Positions 10,401 through 21,600 of a stretch of 64,000 nt of DNA are shown one piece after another. The notes under the pieces were generated by a model that was not told the DNA's origin, did no database searches, and worked only from the letters and a program-made list of their open reading frames with translations. How positions within the stretch are numbered: position 1 is the first letter of the stretch; each line of letters starts with the position of its first letter. The stretch comes from a virus (lineage: Duplodnaviria; Caudoviricetes), in IMG/VR virus record IMGVR_UViG_3300028591_000100, positions 90,704 to 154,703 of that record; one strand, given 5' to 3'. The translations under genes and the position numbers were made by a program.

Positions 10401-12765
10401 TATTGTCAATAGAAATTTCTGAAACAAAAGGAGTTTTTAAAACTGAATGCTTAACACAATGAACGGTTTTATCAACATCAGAAATTTTTAACCAGCTAGT
10501 TGTTGTGTCATTACTTAATGTAATAGATTTATTTTGCGTTAATTTTAAACACATTGTTTTTTCAACATTTAAAGCTGGCGTAATAAAAGTATATCCAGTG
10601 GTGTTACGTAATACTGTAGCCGTATACAGACTCCAGTCAGGTGTTATAGACAAACCTCTAAACATTTTTTTACCAAAATTTTGTCCTTGTGTAATGTAGT
10701 ATAATTGATTATTGGTTGGGGCCAAAGAATCAGCTAACACTATATAACGTAGTTCATTATTAAGCATTTGTGCTTTTACTACACGCACACCGTTGCCTGT
10801 ACCTCCTCTACATAAAACTGTAAATCCTTCTTGCACAGGGATGCCATCTATTTCACCACCTGCAACATCAATTACTTTTGTATAACCAACAATAACTTCA
10901 TCGTATTTTAAATCATAGGTGTAGTCGTTATTAAAATTCTGGCCAAATAATAAAATCGGTCTTTCGTTCGTAAAATATAGAGGGCCTCCTCCTTTCGTTT
11001 GTTGGACACCAGGTTGATCAGGGTCCCATAAAACATAATTACCACTACCTGCCAAACTTTCTAAATTCACAGCTTGCGCAACCATGGTATCTTGAGAACC
11101 AAAATAGTTAGGGCAATACACAACTTTTCCTAAATAACCACCCCATGAATCATATGAGGCTGCTCTTTTTAGCCACAACACTTCCGTAGGAAGGTCACTA
11201 TTATTAGGATCGTAAACTTGGTATACCCCATTTTGACAAATATCAGTATTACCTAAATCAGAATCCTCCCCAGTAAATATGATTTTATCTCCTGGTTTAA
11301 TTTGTTGTAACAATATACTAGGTAACTCACTTTTATATACTCCATATCGTCTATTATTCACCCCAACTGCACTAAACTCATCTAAATCATGAATCATAGT
11401 AGATGGACGACTAATGTCGGCATATATAAACCCAACACTGTACCCACACCCATAAGCAACTTTGTCTGTTTCCAAAATACTATCAGGGTTGTTTGAATAT
11501 TTAAAGAACTGTGCTTTTTTGTATTGTGCGATACTACCGACATCCAACGCACCATCTAATGTATATACATGTCCATATGAGGAGTCATAACTTTTAACAT
11601 AAAATCTGTTGTTTGATAAAACAGTATTACTTGTACCACTACCTAAGGCCATATATTTTCCTTGTAATACCAACACACCTTGTTTTAGCCCTGGTAATAT
11701 TGGAGCGGTTTCACCAAACGGTGTAGTAGAAGCGATTTGAATTCGTGAACTAGTACTACCTAAAATAGTACCAGAAGCAACGGTCATATCATAATCTTGA
11801 TACCCCAGAGAATCATAAGTAATATATTTGCCATAAGAATCACCAACAACGGTACCTTCGCCCTGATATAATGTAATTTCCCATTTATAAAAACTATTAG
11901 ACACTCGCATGTTTGGTACAGTGACGTAACCATCCGAAGGAGTTGATGTGTATGGTGTTAGTTCTTGAAATAAACCACTATCTTCCGCAATATAATTACT
12001 TCTGCTCCACACAGTATTATGGAACATTTCCCCATGGGTGACTAACGCTTGAGTATTAGTAATGTAGTTAGAAAACTGTAAAACAGTTTGAATTATAGAT
12101 TGTCCATCTACCACGGCTTGTGCTTTAGTAACAGTATAGATACCCCTACGAATACTTGTTGCTCCCGCTGCTGCGACAAGAACTTTTTGCCCTTCTAATA
12201 AAGTCTCTCCATCAAGCTGTATATTATTAGAGATATGATCCTCTACAGAAGTAGGCGGCCAATTATATTTTAACCAGTAATAATCTTCACCGATATCCTC
12301 CTGCCAATTATCAAGATTATTAGCCCCAGAAATTGTTGAAGGAGCGCCCTTAAAAAGACTATATAGTGCATTGTCAAGTACAATATGGTCCACCCGATAT
12401 TGAGGTGTATAATATAAAGCATTAAATGAATAAGTTTTATTTGCCTTTAAATTTTGAAAAAACGGAATATATAAATAGGTTCCATTTAATCCTGAATTTA
12501 TACCATTTCTTTCATAAATATCTTCCATGTTTCCTGTTTGTAGCTCACTAATAGGACTAATATAATCTCTTCCTTTTAATGGAAACACTTGATTATTTGC
12601 TTCATCTAAAATTCGAATTTTATAACCAGTAACTTGTTTGTTAGAAGTATCGACCTTACACTTTAAATATTGCACTGGCTGCTCGTTAGAATCTAATGCT
12701 TGAGTTACACGAATATCTACGTTATTTAAAAATGGATAACAACGAGTACTTTTATATACTGCCAT
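7420..12765 (-). CDS. Large baseplate/tail protein with C-terminal Listeria-Bacteroides (InlB B-repeat-like) repeats
   Basis: 1781 aa; FN3-like YQYLLYP segment; repeats PTREATAEYTYSFTKW...YTAQY and PSKPGYEFTGW...YTAIF; follows tape measure gene. Confidence 0.6.
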   Translation of the reverse strand: MAVYKSTRCYPFLNNVDIRVTQALDSNEQPVQYLKCKVDTSNKQVTGYKIRILDEANNQVFPLKGRDYISPISELQTGNMEDIYERNGINSGLNGTYLYIPFFQNLKANKTYSFNALYYTPQYRVDHIVLDNALYSLFKGAPSTISGANNLDNWQEDIGEDYYWLKYNWPPTSVEDHISNNIQLDGETLLEGQKVLVAAAGATSIRRGIYTVTKAQAVVDGQSIIQTVLQFSNYITNTQALVTHGEMFHNTVWSRSNYIAEDSGLFQELTPYTSTPSDGYVTVPNMRVSNSFYKWEITLYQGEGTVVGDSYGKYITYDSLGYQDYDMTVASGTILGSTSSRIQIASTTPFGETAPILPGLKQGVLVLQGKYMALGSGTSNTVLSNNRFYVKSYDSSYGHVYTLDGALDVGSIAQYKKAQFFKYSNNPDSILETDKVAYGCGYSVGFIYADISRPSTMIHDLDEFSAVGVNNRRYGVYKSELPSILLQQIKPGDKIIFTGEDSDLGNTDICQNGVYQVYDPNNSDLPTEVLWLKRAASYDSWGGYLGKVVYCPNYFGSQDTMVAQAVNLESLAGSGNYVLWDPDQPGVQQTKGGGPLYFTNERPILLFGQNFNNDYTYDLKYDEVIVGYTKVIDVAGGEIDGIPVQEGFTVLCRGGTGNGVRVVKAQMLNNELRYIVLADSLAPTNNQLYYITQGQNFGKKMFRGLSITPDWSLYTATVLRNTTGYTFITPALNVEKTMCLKLTQNKSITLSNDTTTSWLKISDVDKTVHCVKHSVLKTPFVSEISIDNNTPYKYEVRSYFKASDENPFSVCEAPYLILYKNNQEYSTLRNSSLYQEYWTTVELNILQQFNVTPSAGDTQVYLFKSYTDSAAVLDRAVKFSAKYTQFDGLSWESYRWTLFNADGVLLQDSGVKYDKSIAAVFYGLSNDSVQNSNYYVVLEVEDEKKNQLIYLIKVEVEKGSVATSASNFTAKFDCDNHAVRLDYIPRGIGSNSNKATIYRREYEVYERPGLKVFGRAEELSKTGKLYFTIPTPDGYKVADCKPNIIYVDERTDYYYELDETQKPIEIQVDDKKVVYKFIKMVDAVRIYKGEWSLVALKTELKALYDYNVTSGKRYQYLLYPNDTMSFDIDEGVYLANSNEQIFANSDDSYNVWEENAEYPNQGRIVSGSTALSTTTGAPVVTQWDEWSICELIPDTNIEDTPSIKKAYKVNKDQVWLFKYSLETGSQNQNISRKDIQTLGTYVKMGFGNLNYASGEVTALLGSELVLGTDAKYIERLKKSRLEALSTNEKVKMLAAWRDFVYSKNPKLLKDIKGQSWIVQIVSSSNNPKNFYTNQPDTITFQWKQVDDTFNTIIYSDAGQLQTEMQAYGSELWEPKFKFGSTPNDRFTIVWQNWDGSRFYDEVVEYNQIPTVPTNTPTREATAEYTYSFTKWEPELTKATENKIYTAQYSKTLRTYTVTWQWDDGELVQTYSYGEYPQYTGDEPSKPGYEFTGWTPDVTNVTQDVTYTAIFQSIYSVQFLPQNGTWYEDLQELSGLEPAPVSQITGVEYGEPIQYTNEDTRVPGHEDYEGCLIYYTHEEYGRIQGRFYFVPDEDTEDFTYDSGHVQGPDYVGQWEGSVQNVIGFSYREGRFSCEVTLTSGEEDPVNLETTPDDDTAAPPASAISGHWEDSEGAEVSSISALNGDTVYYYSLGYNADYVVITNIEIDLDNPPEFPQNISGTHLRWVFDDVGLYDVYAMYLLYQSGGTISVPADREGQYLGQISKDDENIIYAYVGEHQLEHQS

Positions 12766-12873
12766 ATCTATCCCTCCTTTTATTATTATTTTAGTATATA
12801 CTCCACTCTTACTTTAGTTAAAAATATCTTACTAGGAGCAAAATACTTTTGACTAAAGTAAGAATATTTTAAA

Positions 12874-12898
12874 AGAGAGGGAGTGGAGACCCCCTCTC
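12874..12898. terminator. Hairpin after tape measure gene
   Basis: GAGAGGG-loop-CCCTCTC flanked by A tracts (U tract on the minus strand). Confidence 0.5.
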
Positions 12899-12929
12899 AA
12901 AATAATAAATATTAAATTGTAAATTGTGT

Positions 12930-15900
12930 TTATCTAGAGTTTTTAGTAAGTGCGACTTTTGACCTAATAGCTGTCACAAGCTTTTCAAGATCAAATCCAG
13001 AGTCAGCATCAATGTTCATAACTAGATTAGCTATGTTCATAGACTCATCTGTTCCCATGTTACCAAAAATAGATTGACCGATTTGGCCAGAAGAAACTCT
13101 ATCACCTAAGAATCTTAATAACATTGGTGTAACTTCACCAAGCTCCCATAAGTTCTTTGTGATATCAGCTGGAACAATACCAGTTCTAGAAGGCAACGCT
13201 GTTAAGGTTCCTTGTGGTGTTACAATAGCTTCGGTACCCATCTCATTAATTAAGTTTAATGCTGAAGCGCTTAAACCATATGAACCATGAGCATGCTTAC
13301 CTTTAATTTTTGCCCACTCACTTTCAGGCATGCCAGAAGGTTTGCCATCACTATAACTTGCTGGTGCTGTAAGGTGTTCTGCAGCGAACTCACTTTCACT
13401 TAATACACCCTTATATAAATGTAAACCATTAACATCGTTTGAGTCCCCAGCATCATTAGTAATCTTCCATGCTGCTGAGCCGTCATAGTAAATAGCCTCG
13501 CCACCACCTTCAGGATCTGCTACAATAAAACTAGAAGACCCCAAAATAGATGAGACTCTTACTAAATAGTCGCCGAATGTTTCCTTACCCTCACGTTTAA
13601 GCTGTGAAGTGTCCCCTGTTTTATACCATTTACCATCACTGGTGTAAATCCATGCAGAACCATCTGCTACATCATTTAATAAACTATCTTTAATAGTACC
13701 TTCTGCTAAGTCTCCGTTGGTGTAGCCTTTAAAATATCCTTCCCCTTCATGGTTTGCGATAGCAAAATGCTGATTGTAATACATTTCTTGATTACTATAG
13801 CTTCCTTTACCAACACTGTAAGCACCCCGTCCTTGTAAAATACCTCTAGCGTTTGACTTACCATAAGTTTTAAAAGAAGCAAAATCTTCTTCTGTAGCTC
13901 CAGCCGCAATCGCGTCATTAAATGCTGAATGATAAGCTTTTAAAGCAGTATTATATTCACCTGTACCAGGATTTGCGCTCAAAACTTTTTGCCATGCTTG
14001 ATCGGCAACCTTAAGCTTATTTGCTTTTTCGGTTTCTTTTGACGCTTTTTCTTTATCTAGGTAGGCATCTAATGACTGTTTAATACCATCTATTGCACCA
14101 GAAATCATAGAAATATTAGAATTTATATCTTTAGTTACATCCCCCTCTTTTTGGGCTGCACCATACAATTTTTCTAACATTTCATAATTCTCTTTTTCAA
14201 AAATACTACTTAATTCTTCTTTTTGTTTTTCTTTAAGGGCAATTTGGTCGTCTAAAACAGCAATTTGTTTTTCTCTATCAACCGCGTCTAATTCTTTTTG
14301 AGCGCTTTCTATTGCAGATTGATCAGCTTCATAAACCCAACCAACACCAGCTCTATAAACACGCTTCTTTTGTTTTGCTGCATCCTCTAACTTTAAACGA
14401 GCCTCAACAAGTTTGTTTTCATACTCTCGTTGACTATTAATTTCTTTTAATGCAGCCTTTTGCTCATTTAGATTCTTAATTTCTTTATCTAAAGTGGTGG
14501 TTTGATAGCTAATCAACATTTCATAATAACTCTTCATACTAGAGTCCATTAATTGAATACCAGATTTAACAAAAATATCTGACATTAAATTAGCCACTTC
14601 AGAAGCTTCTTCAGTTAATTCCCACTCACTCTTTTCTTTGTTGTAATGGTATTGAGAAACAACCCAATCTAAGACACCCGCAAAACTACTAGGGCTAGCC
14701 TCTCTTAATTGAGCAGCAGCTTTTTCTGATAAACTATCATAGAATCTATCTACACCGTTTTCATCTAATGTTAAATATTTATTAAAGAAATCTGTGCTAC
14801 CTAAAACTTCATCGCCTTGTGCATTTAATGCAGCATTAGATAGTTGTTTCATATTTGAAATAGCTTGTGTGAACAATTCTGAAGTATTGCCCATGTATTG
14901 AATCAACGAAGGATATTGAGATATAATTGTCTCCATCCAAGTAGAAATATCTCCAGCTCCATTTGTAATAGAAGACATTAAATCAGCAAAACCACTAATC
15001 TTAGTATGAATATCTGTTGTTGAACCTAATAAGTCTGACACGGTTAACATACCAAATTGGTCAGTGACATTCTCTAGCTCATCAACAGTTACACCTAAGG
15101 CGCTAGAGAAATTTTCTAAGATTCTCCGAACTGTCTTACTGTCTTTATATCTAGCTCTTAAATTCAAAGCTTCCTGTAATGAATAACTACCACCTGTAAG
15201 AACAGCGTTAATTTCATCATCACCTTGTTTTCTTAATTGCTCATAAAGATAGTCATACCCAACGTCAGTTAAGTTACCATCTTTGTCAAAAACATTAAGT
15301 CCACTTAAACCACCACTCGCATCAACGGCATGGCCATAAGTTTTTAAAATTTCATCAATACCTAAAGCTTTTAATTCGGAAATTGACATTTGGTCTAAAT
15401 ATCTACCTGTGCCCTCTCCGTCGCTATTTTTAAGTTCAGCAAGGGTTAAAGCTTGTTGGAGAGTAACCTCGTTAATTTCATCTCTAATTTGAGACTGCAT
15501 AGCAATTTGACGATCAAGAGCATCCAATAATTGTTCGTAATACTCTAAAAGCTTCTTATTCTTTGTATAATTCTCATATGGCTTAAGTATATCGTTGGTG
15601 TAGTAGTCTTTACTATTTCCGTACTCGTCCCGTGCCGTAAACATACCGACATCTTTTAATCGTAATGCTGTTTGATATAAATATGCTTCCCTCTCATGCG
15701 TTGCGAAGTACTCGTCAATAGCATCTACACTCGTTTCTAACTCGGCAATCTTCTCTTCAGCAGTGGCTTTACGTTCTAATGCGTTCTGAGAACCCCAGCT
15801 ACCGACAGAACCTAAGTTATGTTTTTTTCTATTGGAAGATTTGGCATCTTCTGCCCAATTAGCGCCATAAGTACCGCCAGCTATCGCACCACTAATAGCA

Positions 15901-17367
15901 CCAATTAAACCACCAACAGCTATTCCAATAGGACCAAAAAGTGCACCTGCAAGCATTCCAGTAAGAGCGCCTCCTGCAGTACCCGCAGAAGTTATGCCTA
16001 CCGCACCCCAACCTATACCACTATTAGAGCCATCATAATCATCAATTTTAGAATAAAGCTTACTTAAATCTTCGCTGTCTTGAAATTGTGTGGAAGCGTA
16101 TTTATTGGCAATTTCTTGTTTTTGTAGTTCATATTGAGCAGCTTGCACTGTCTTTAAAGCAGAAGTATCATCTTCTATGCCACTCAATAAATCTGACAAA
16201 CTCTTACCTTGAGCGCCAAGTTGCTTTCTTAACTGATTGCGCAAAGCTTCATTTTCACTGTCAAAAATTTCTTGTTTAAAACTTTGTACAAGCTTATGTC
16301 TCTCAGCACTACTTAATTCTGTCTTTTGGATATTGTCTAAAGAAGACTGCACTGATTTTAGTTTATTTAATCTCTCATTAGCACGCTCTGTTGTTAAATT
16401 TGCATTGTCTCGCGCTTTATCAATTTCCGTCGCGATTGCCTCTCCCCGCATTGGGCCAACAATACCCCCAATAACTGGAATTAACGAAATCGCCGCTGAT
16501 ACAGCAGCCCCTTGTTTTTGAGCCTCTTTTGAACTCTCTACTGTTTTACCCTCAGCATTTTTGTGTGTCGTCGCAGCGGTAACAAATTGTGATACAGATG
16601 TCATTAATGTAGTCAAAGCAATATCAGCAACTGCCAACCCTGCGTTTAATTTTCCAACTTTTGATGCTGTAGCAAAGAATGGAATATTCGTAGCTCCGTT
16701 GGTAGTACCAGCATCGCCTCCTTGTTTTTTCCCAATAGCACCTATTGCCCCACCTAAGCCATTTGCTCTCATGTTAGTCATAAACTTAGCACCTGAAGAC
16801 AATAGCCCTTTTCCTTGTACACCCATCATGGTAAAGAAAATATTAGCAATTGCAGGTAAATAAGGATAAATCCGTTGCAATACTTTTAATAAATTTGTTT
16901 CAACTTTAACAATATCAGTTAATAATTTTGAAACTTCAGAACTATTAGCTAACTCTTCTAGCGCAGCAGTTAACTCATTTCTCGCAAAAGCATAAGATTC
17001 TCGGTAAGATTGATATTTTCTTTCTGCGGTTCCTTTTGATGTTTCAGAAACCTCTAATAAATCTTTATATTTATCATAGTTCTCCATTAATACCAAGAAG
17101 GCTTCATTTTGTCTTACACCCGCAAAAGCGTTAGCCATGGCTCTCTTGGTAACATTATCAAGAGTTCCCCATCTATCAGCAATTTCATCTAGAACATCAT
17201 CAAAATCTTTAAATTCAAGATTTGTCTTTCTAATTGAAATGCCCATTTTATTCAGTACTCTTTCAACGTCATTTAATTTTTCTGAAGTATCACTTGACTC
17301 AGAATCAACATTCAACTTATTGTAGGCACCAGCCTTAACATTGCCATAACGAGACATTATAGTTTTT
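12930..17367 (-). CDS. Tape measure protein, exon 2
   Basis: Splicing restores ...GQSL-KTIMSRYGNVK, a typical TMP segment; glycine-rich hydrophobic stretches, coiled coils and a typical C-terminus (HAHG...E-G-EAI...VPADITKNL). Spliced product about 4,034 aa. Confidence 0.85.
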
Positions 17368-18690
17368 CACTTTGTTACTCTTTTAATCATGAAGATTAAA
17401 AGGACTGAGGTGCTTCCAAGAGTGTCTTTACACTCGACCTCAGTTCACGGGCTTCTTTTGTTATACCCGTGGTCAGACTATCGCACCCCCTTCGAAAAGG
17501 GGTTTATTCATTTAGTCGTTCAAGGCTTTGTTGTTTGAAAGTAATTTATCATAATCATTTTTTCTGTCCATATAACCAACCAACTTATTCTGTGACAGCG
17601 TAATTTGATTATTTTCTATAACGTAATTAAAAGAATTATAGTCTTCTAATTTTCCATTATTATCCAAGTATAATTCAATTAATTGTTTACATAATTCAAG
17701 ATTTTTATTAATATCTTCTTCCCATAAATAAAGTATATTAATACCAAATTTATGAAAAATATATGTTTTCTTTCTTTTATCTTGGATAATATCTCTTTTT
17801 TGTATTTCATTGATTAATGTGTTTTTTCGAATATCTGCATGCCAATAGGTTCCCATTACTTCTATCATTAGGCCACTGTCAACACAATAATTATCTACTG
17901 TAAAAAACAAACCACAGTCATATTCATTTTGATATTTGATTCCCATATCTTCAAGTAGTTTATTTATTTTTTGTTGAGGTAAACTATTGGTTCTCTGTGC
18001 CCATGTTTTTTGTAAGCGAGCGGCCTGTATCATTCCCGCATGCTTACACTGTCGACTACAGAATTTAGAAGTGTCTATTAAATGAGGGGACACCTCATAT
18101 TCTTTTCCACAATATTGGCACTTTAATGTCCTTTGTTCTTTTGAAAAATCATGATTGTAACTAGGATGATTTTCTCCTACCCTAGGATTAGCTCTTTGCC
18201 AATCATTTTGGCATTTAATTGAGCAAAATCTTTTAGGATCAGAATGAATAGTGATAAAAGTCTTATTACAAAATTCACATATTCTTTTATCTTGACTTTG
18301 TTTGGAACTATATTCTCCAACACATTTATTACAACAAAAAACTCTATTACTACGCGCTCTAAATTTTCTAGTAAACTCTTTTCCACAATTAGCGCATACA
18401 TATTTATAAGAGTATTTTGTATTATTATATTTATTTTTGCATTGTGGGGAACAAAATTTTATTAAGTCTGGTCTCCCAGTTGTTGGTATAAACTCTTGTC
18501 CACACCCCACACATTTTTTAGGTTTCCCTAAAAGTTCTTTTACTATCATACAACAAATTCCTCCTTGTTGCCCACTTCTGGGTTTTCAAGCATAATATAC
18601 AACATTGTATACACAATGTCAATATTAATCATTAGAATAAATTTTGCCAAAGGGGTTATGTATTATCCCCTTAAATCCCCATAAAAGTTT
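17368..18690 (-). mobile_element. Group I intron in tape measure gene (1,323 nt)
   Basis: Exon 1 ends in U (UCCCU) and pairs with GGGGA (P1, U-G pair); R-like AACGACUA near 17520; S-like GAUAGUCUG near 17480; ends in G at 17368; splicing gives the in-frame CTA AAA ACT ATA ATG. Confidence 0.88.
17512..18549 (-). CDS. Intron-encoded homing endonuclease (tandem zinc fingers plus Vsr/DUF559-like nuclease domain)
   Basis: Four CxxC...FC(S)xxC repeats; C-terminal D...IEVMGTYWH...LYLWE motif; lies inside the intron. Confidence 0.8.
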   Translation of the reverse strand: MIVKELLGKPKKCVGCGQEFIPTTGRPDLIKFCSPQCKNKYNNTKYSYKYVCANCGKEFTRKFRARSNRVFCCNKCVGEYSSKQSQDKRICEFCNKTFITIHSDPKRFCSIKCQNDWQRANPRVGENHPSYNHDFSKEQRTLKCQYCGKEYEVSPHLIDTSKFCSRQCKHAGMIQAARLQKTWAQRTNSLPQQKINKLLEDMGIKYQNEYDCGLFFTVDNYCVDSGLMIEVMGTYWHADIRKNTLINEIQKRDIIQDKRKKTYIFHKFGINILYLWEEDINKNLELCKQLIELYLDNNGKLEDYNSFNYVIENNQITLSQNKLVGYMDRKNDYDKLLSNNKALND

Positions 18691-21600
18691 AGGGATTGTC
18701 CTACTGTAATACCTGACATTTGATTTACGTCAGCAATTGTTGCAACATAAGCAGCCGCTTGATCAATACTAACGCCACCTAAACGAGCAATATTAGCAAA
18801 TTGTGATAAACCTTGAGCAATATCACCAGCTGTAGTTGCAGCCTTAACATCTAGAGCTGTAAATTTATCAACAATGTCCATCGCATCAGATGCTTCAAGT
18901 TTAAAGCCATGCATAGCAGAAGTTAGGTTTTGAGTTGCAGTTGCAGTATCAATCATACCTAATTTACTTAAATACATTGAAGATTTAATTAAATCATTAA
19001 CTTGCGCGATATCATAACCTTGTCTTAACCATGCTGTAGCACTTTGTGTGACTTCAATAGTTGTAGCACCTAATTGTTTGCCTAGTTCAGCATATTGTCC
19101 AATTAAGGTTCTAGCATTCTCTGCATTTTTACCTGTAACAATACGTAAATTAGTCATAGCTTGGTCAAGTTGCTTAGCCTTTTCTGTTATATCCTTTAAA
19201 CCTTTGCGGATTGTTCTAATAACAGAGTAAATTAAACCACCGTTCATCAAACGGCTAAACCAACGACTTGTAGCAGCGTCAATTCCTAGGAATCCACCAC
19301 CACCGCCACCATTTCCACTATTTGACTGAGTTGGTTTATTTTCCTTTTGTTTATGATAAAGCTCTGCAAGTCTTTCCATCTTCTTTCTGGATTCAGCATT
19401 GCTTCCAGCCATATGGTCCAAATCATTTTTTGCTCTATCTAGCTCTAACTCTCTTATTTCTCTTAATAACTCAAGTTCAGTGGTTAACTGTTCGATACGT
19501 TCTGATTCATTAGAAGAGGTAGCTTTATCAAGCTCTTCTTCTTTTTGTGCTATTTGATCATCAAATGAATACCTCTGTTCTTCATATTTTAAAACAGCCT
19601 GTTCATATTGAGCTACTTTTCGACGGTCTGAAATCGCAGCTTCCTGTTTAGCTTGTTTACGATTTCTTCTATTGATTTTATCAAGATTATCTAAAACCCC
19701 GTATGTATTATCTGCTTTTTCGTTTGTAAAAGGATTAATAATATTACCATCTTCATCTTGAAGAAAAGCTTTTTCTTTCTTGATTGTTTCAGCATATACT
19801 TCTAGTGTTTCACGTTCGCGTTCCCGATCAATTTTTGCCTGTTGTCTAATAGCCGACTTCTCTTTACCTTTTAATAAAGGACTTTTTGCTGCAATATCAG
19901 CTGCTGCGGCTTTTTTAGATTGCTCCTTATATTGTTGAATATGTTTAACTAAATTTTCAAAAACCTGCTCTTTTCCTGCTTGTTCATTGAAAGCCTTTAG
20001 TTGTTGGTTGGAAGCTGTTATGTATTCATTCATTTGGTCTAGCAGACCCTCGCCCACTGATTTACCCTCAGCGTTAGTCAACATAGAACCTTGTTCTGAA
20101 TACATTGTTTTAGCGCCTAGTTTCGCAACCTCCTCATCATAAACTTTCTTAGCCTCATTAAAAGCTGTTTCTTTTTCAGCAATTTCAGCCCTAAGTTTAT
20201 CTAATGCAACTTGTTTTTGTGGTGAATCAATTTCACCAGCTAGAGATGCTTCTTTAAGCTTTAAGACATTTAATGCTTTTTGAACTTCAATAATAGCATC
20301 ATAACGCTGTTTAAACTCATCAAGTTCTTTCTTATAAATCGTTTGAGCACCCTCGAAAGTACCACCATAAAACGTACCAGTGTGCTTAACAGAGCTATTA
20401 AAAGCAATATTAGCTTGCTCTCCATTAAAATCTATAAAATTATCAATAGGTTTGTCAGATTGTAGATAAAGGTCAAAAATATCTTGTAATTTTTGATCCA
20501 TTAAATTAACTTCATAGGTATTTATAAAACCATTGTCTCCTGAAGCAATAATATGCCCCACTACATTGGACCACCCAGCTTGAGCGACCTTCATTTTTTT
20601 CTCAAAATCGGCTACACGAGCAGCTAAAGCTTTTTCAAATGCTTCACCTTCATTGACCCCCGCATCTTGTTCTGCCCCATGTTGAATAGAGTCCCACCAA
20701 TTACGAGTATATTCATTATCTATAGCAAAAAAGTCGTAAGCATTTGTAACTGTTTTTCCCTCTTTTTGAAAAGCCTCTAATTGAGAACGAAGCAACTGCA
20801 TTGACCTTGCATAGTCTTTAACCTGTATAGCATAAGGCAATGAAGCTTGACCACTTTCTGGGTTTTTAAGATCTGAAATATGTAAGGTTGTACGACCATC
20901 TTTATCTTCTTCTACCCACATAGCATCGGCAATTTGATGTGATAAAGCATATCCGCCGTTACTACCCACATGAGAATATCCAACTAAAGGTTGTTCGGCA
21001 CCTAGGAATTTACCATTTGGCCCCATTACATACTCTTGAACTCTAGTGTTTGCCAAACCTTTATGAGCAGCTTTTTTCAAAAAAGCTTCTAATTCTTCAT
21101 CGTTGTTAAACTTATCAGGCTTAGCAAATCTTAATTGCTCTTTATAATTATCAAGAAGTTCAGGTTCGTATTTTAAAAGAAAATTATACGCCTCATCTCC
21201 ATGTACCCATGCTTGGTAATTTTCTTTTTTACCCAAGTCTGAGGTAAGAAGCTCCGCCACTTTATGGGATACTAAACCTCTGATTTTATCTTCTACTCCT
21301 TCTTTATTTCTAAAAGAAGGGGCGTATCTGTTTAACTCTTGTAAAATTGCTTGTTTTTCTGATTCTTCTGTAGCTGCAAAATACTCAGTAGTCAACCTTT
21401 CAATTACATTATCTGTTTGTGGATGTTTGTTTGTTGAACCAATAATACGAGATATTTCTGAGGAAGGACTTGTATGATATAAAACATGACCCTTGTTAAT
21501 TTGTTCAATTTCAGGAATATAACGAGTAGAGGCCTGCTTCTTTTGTTCTTTTAATACCTCACCAAAACGAGCCATTACATCTGTAGTATAGCCGCCATTG

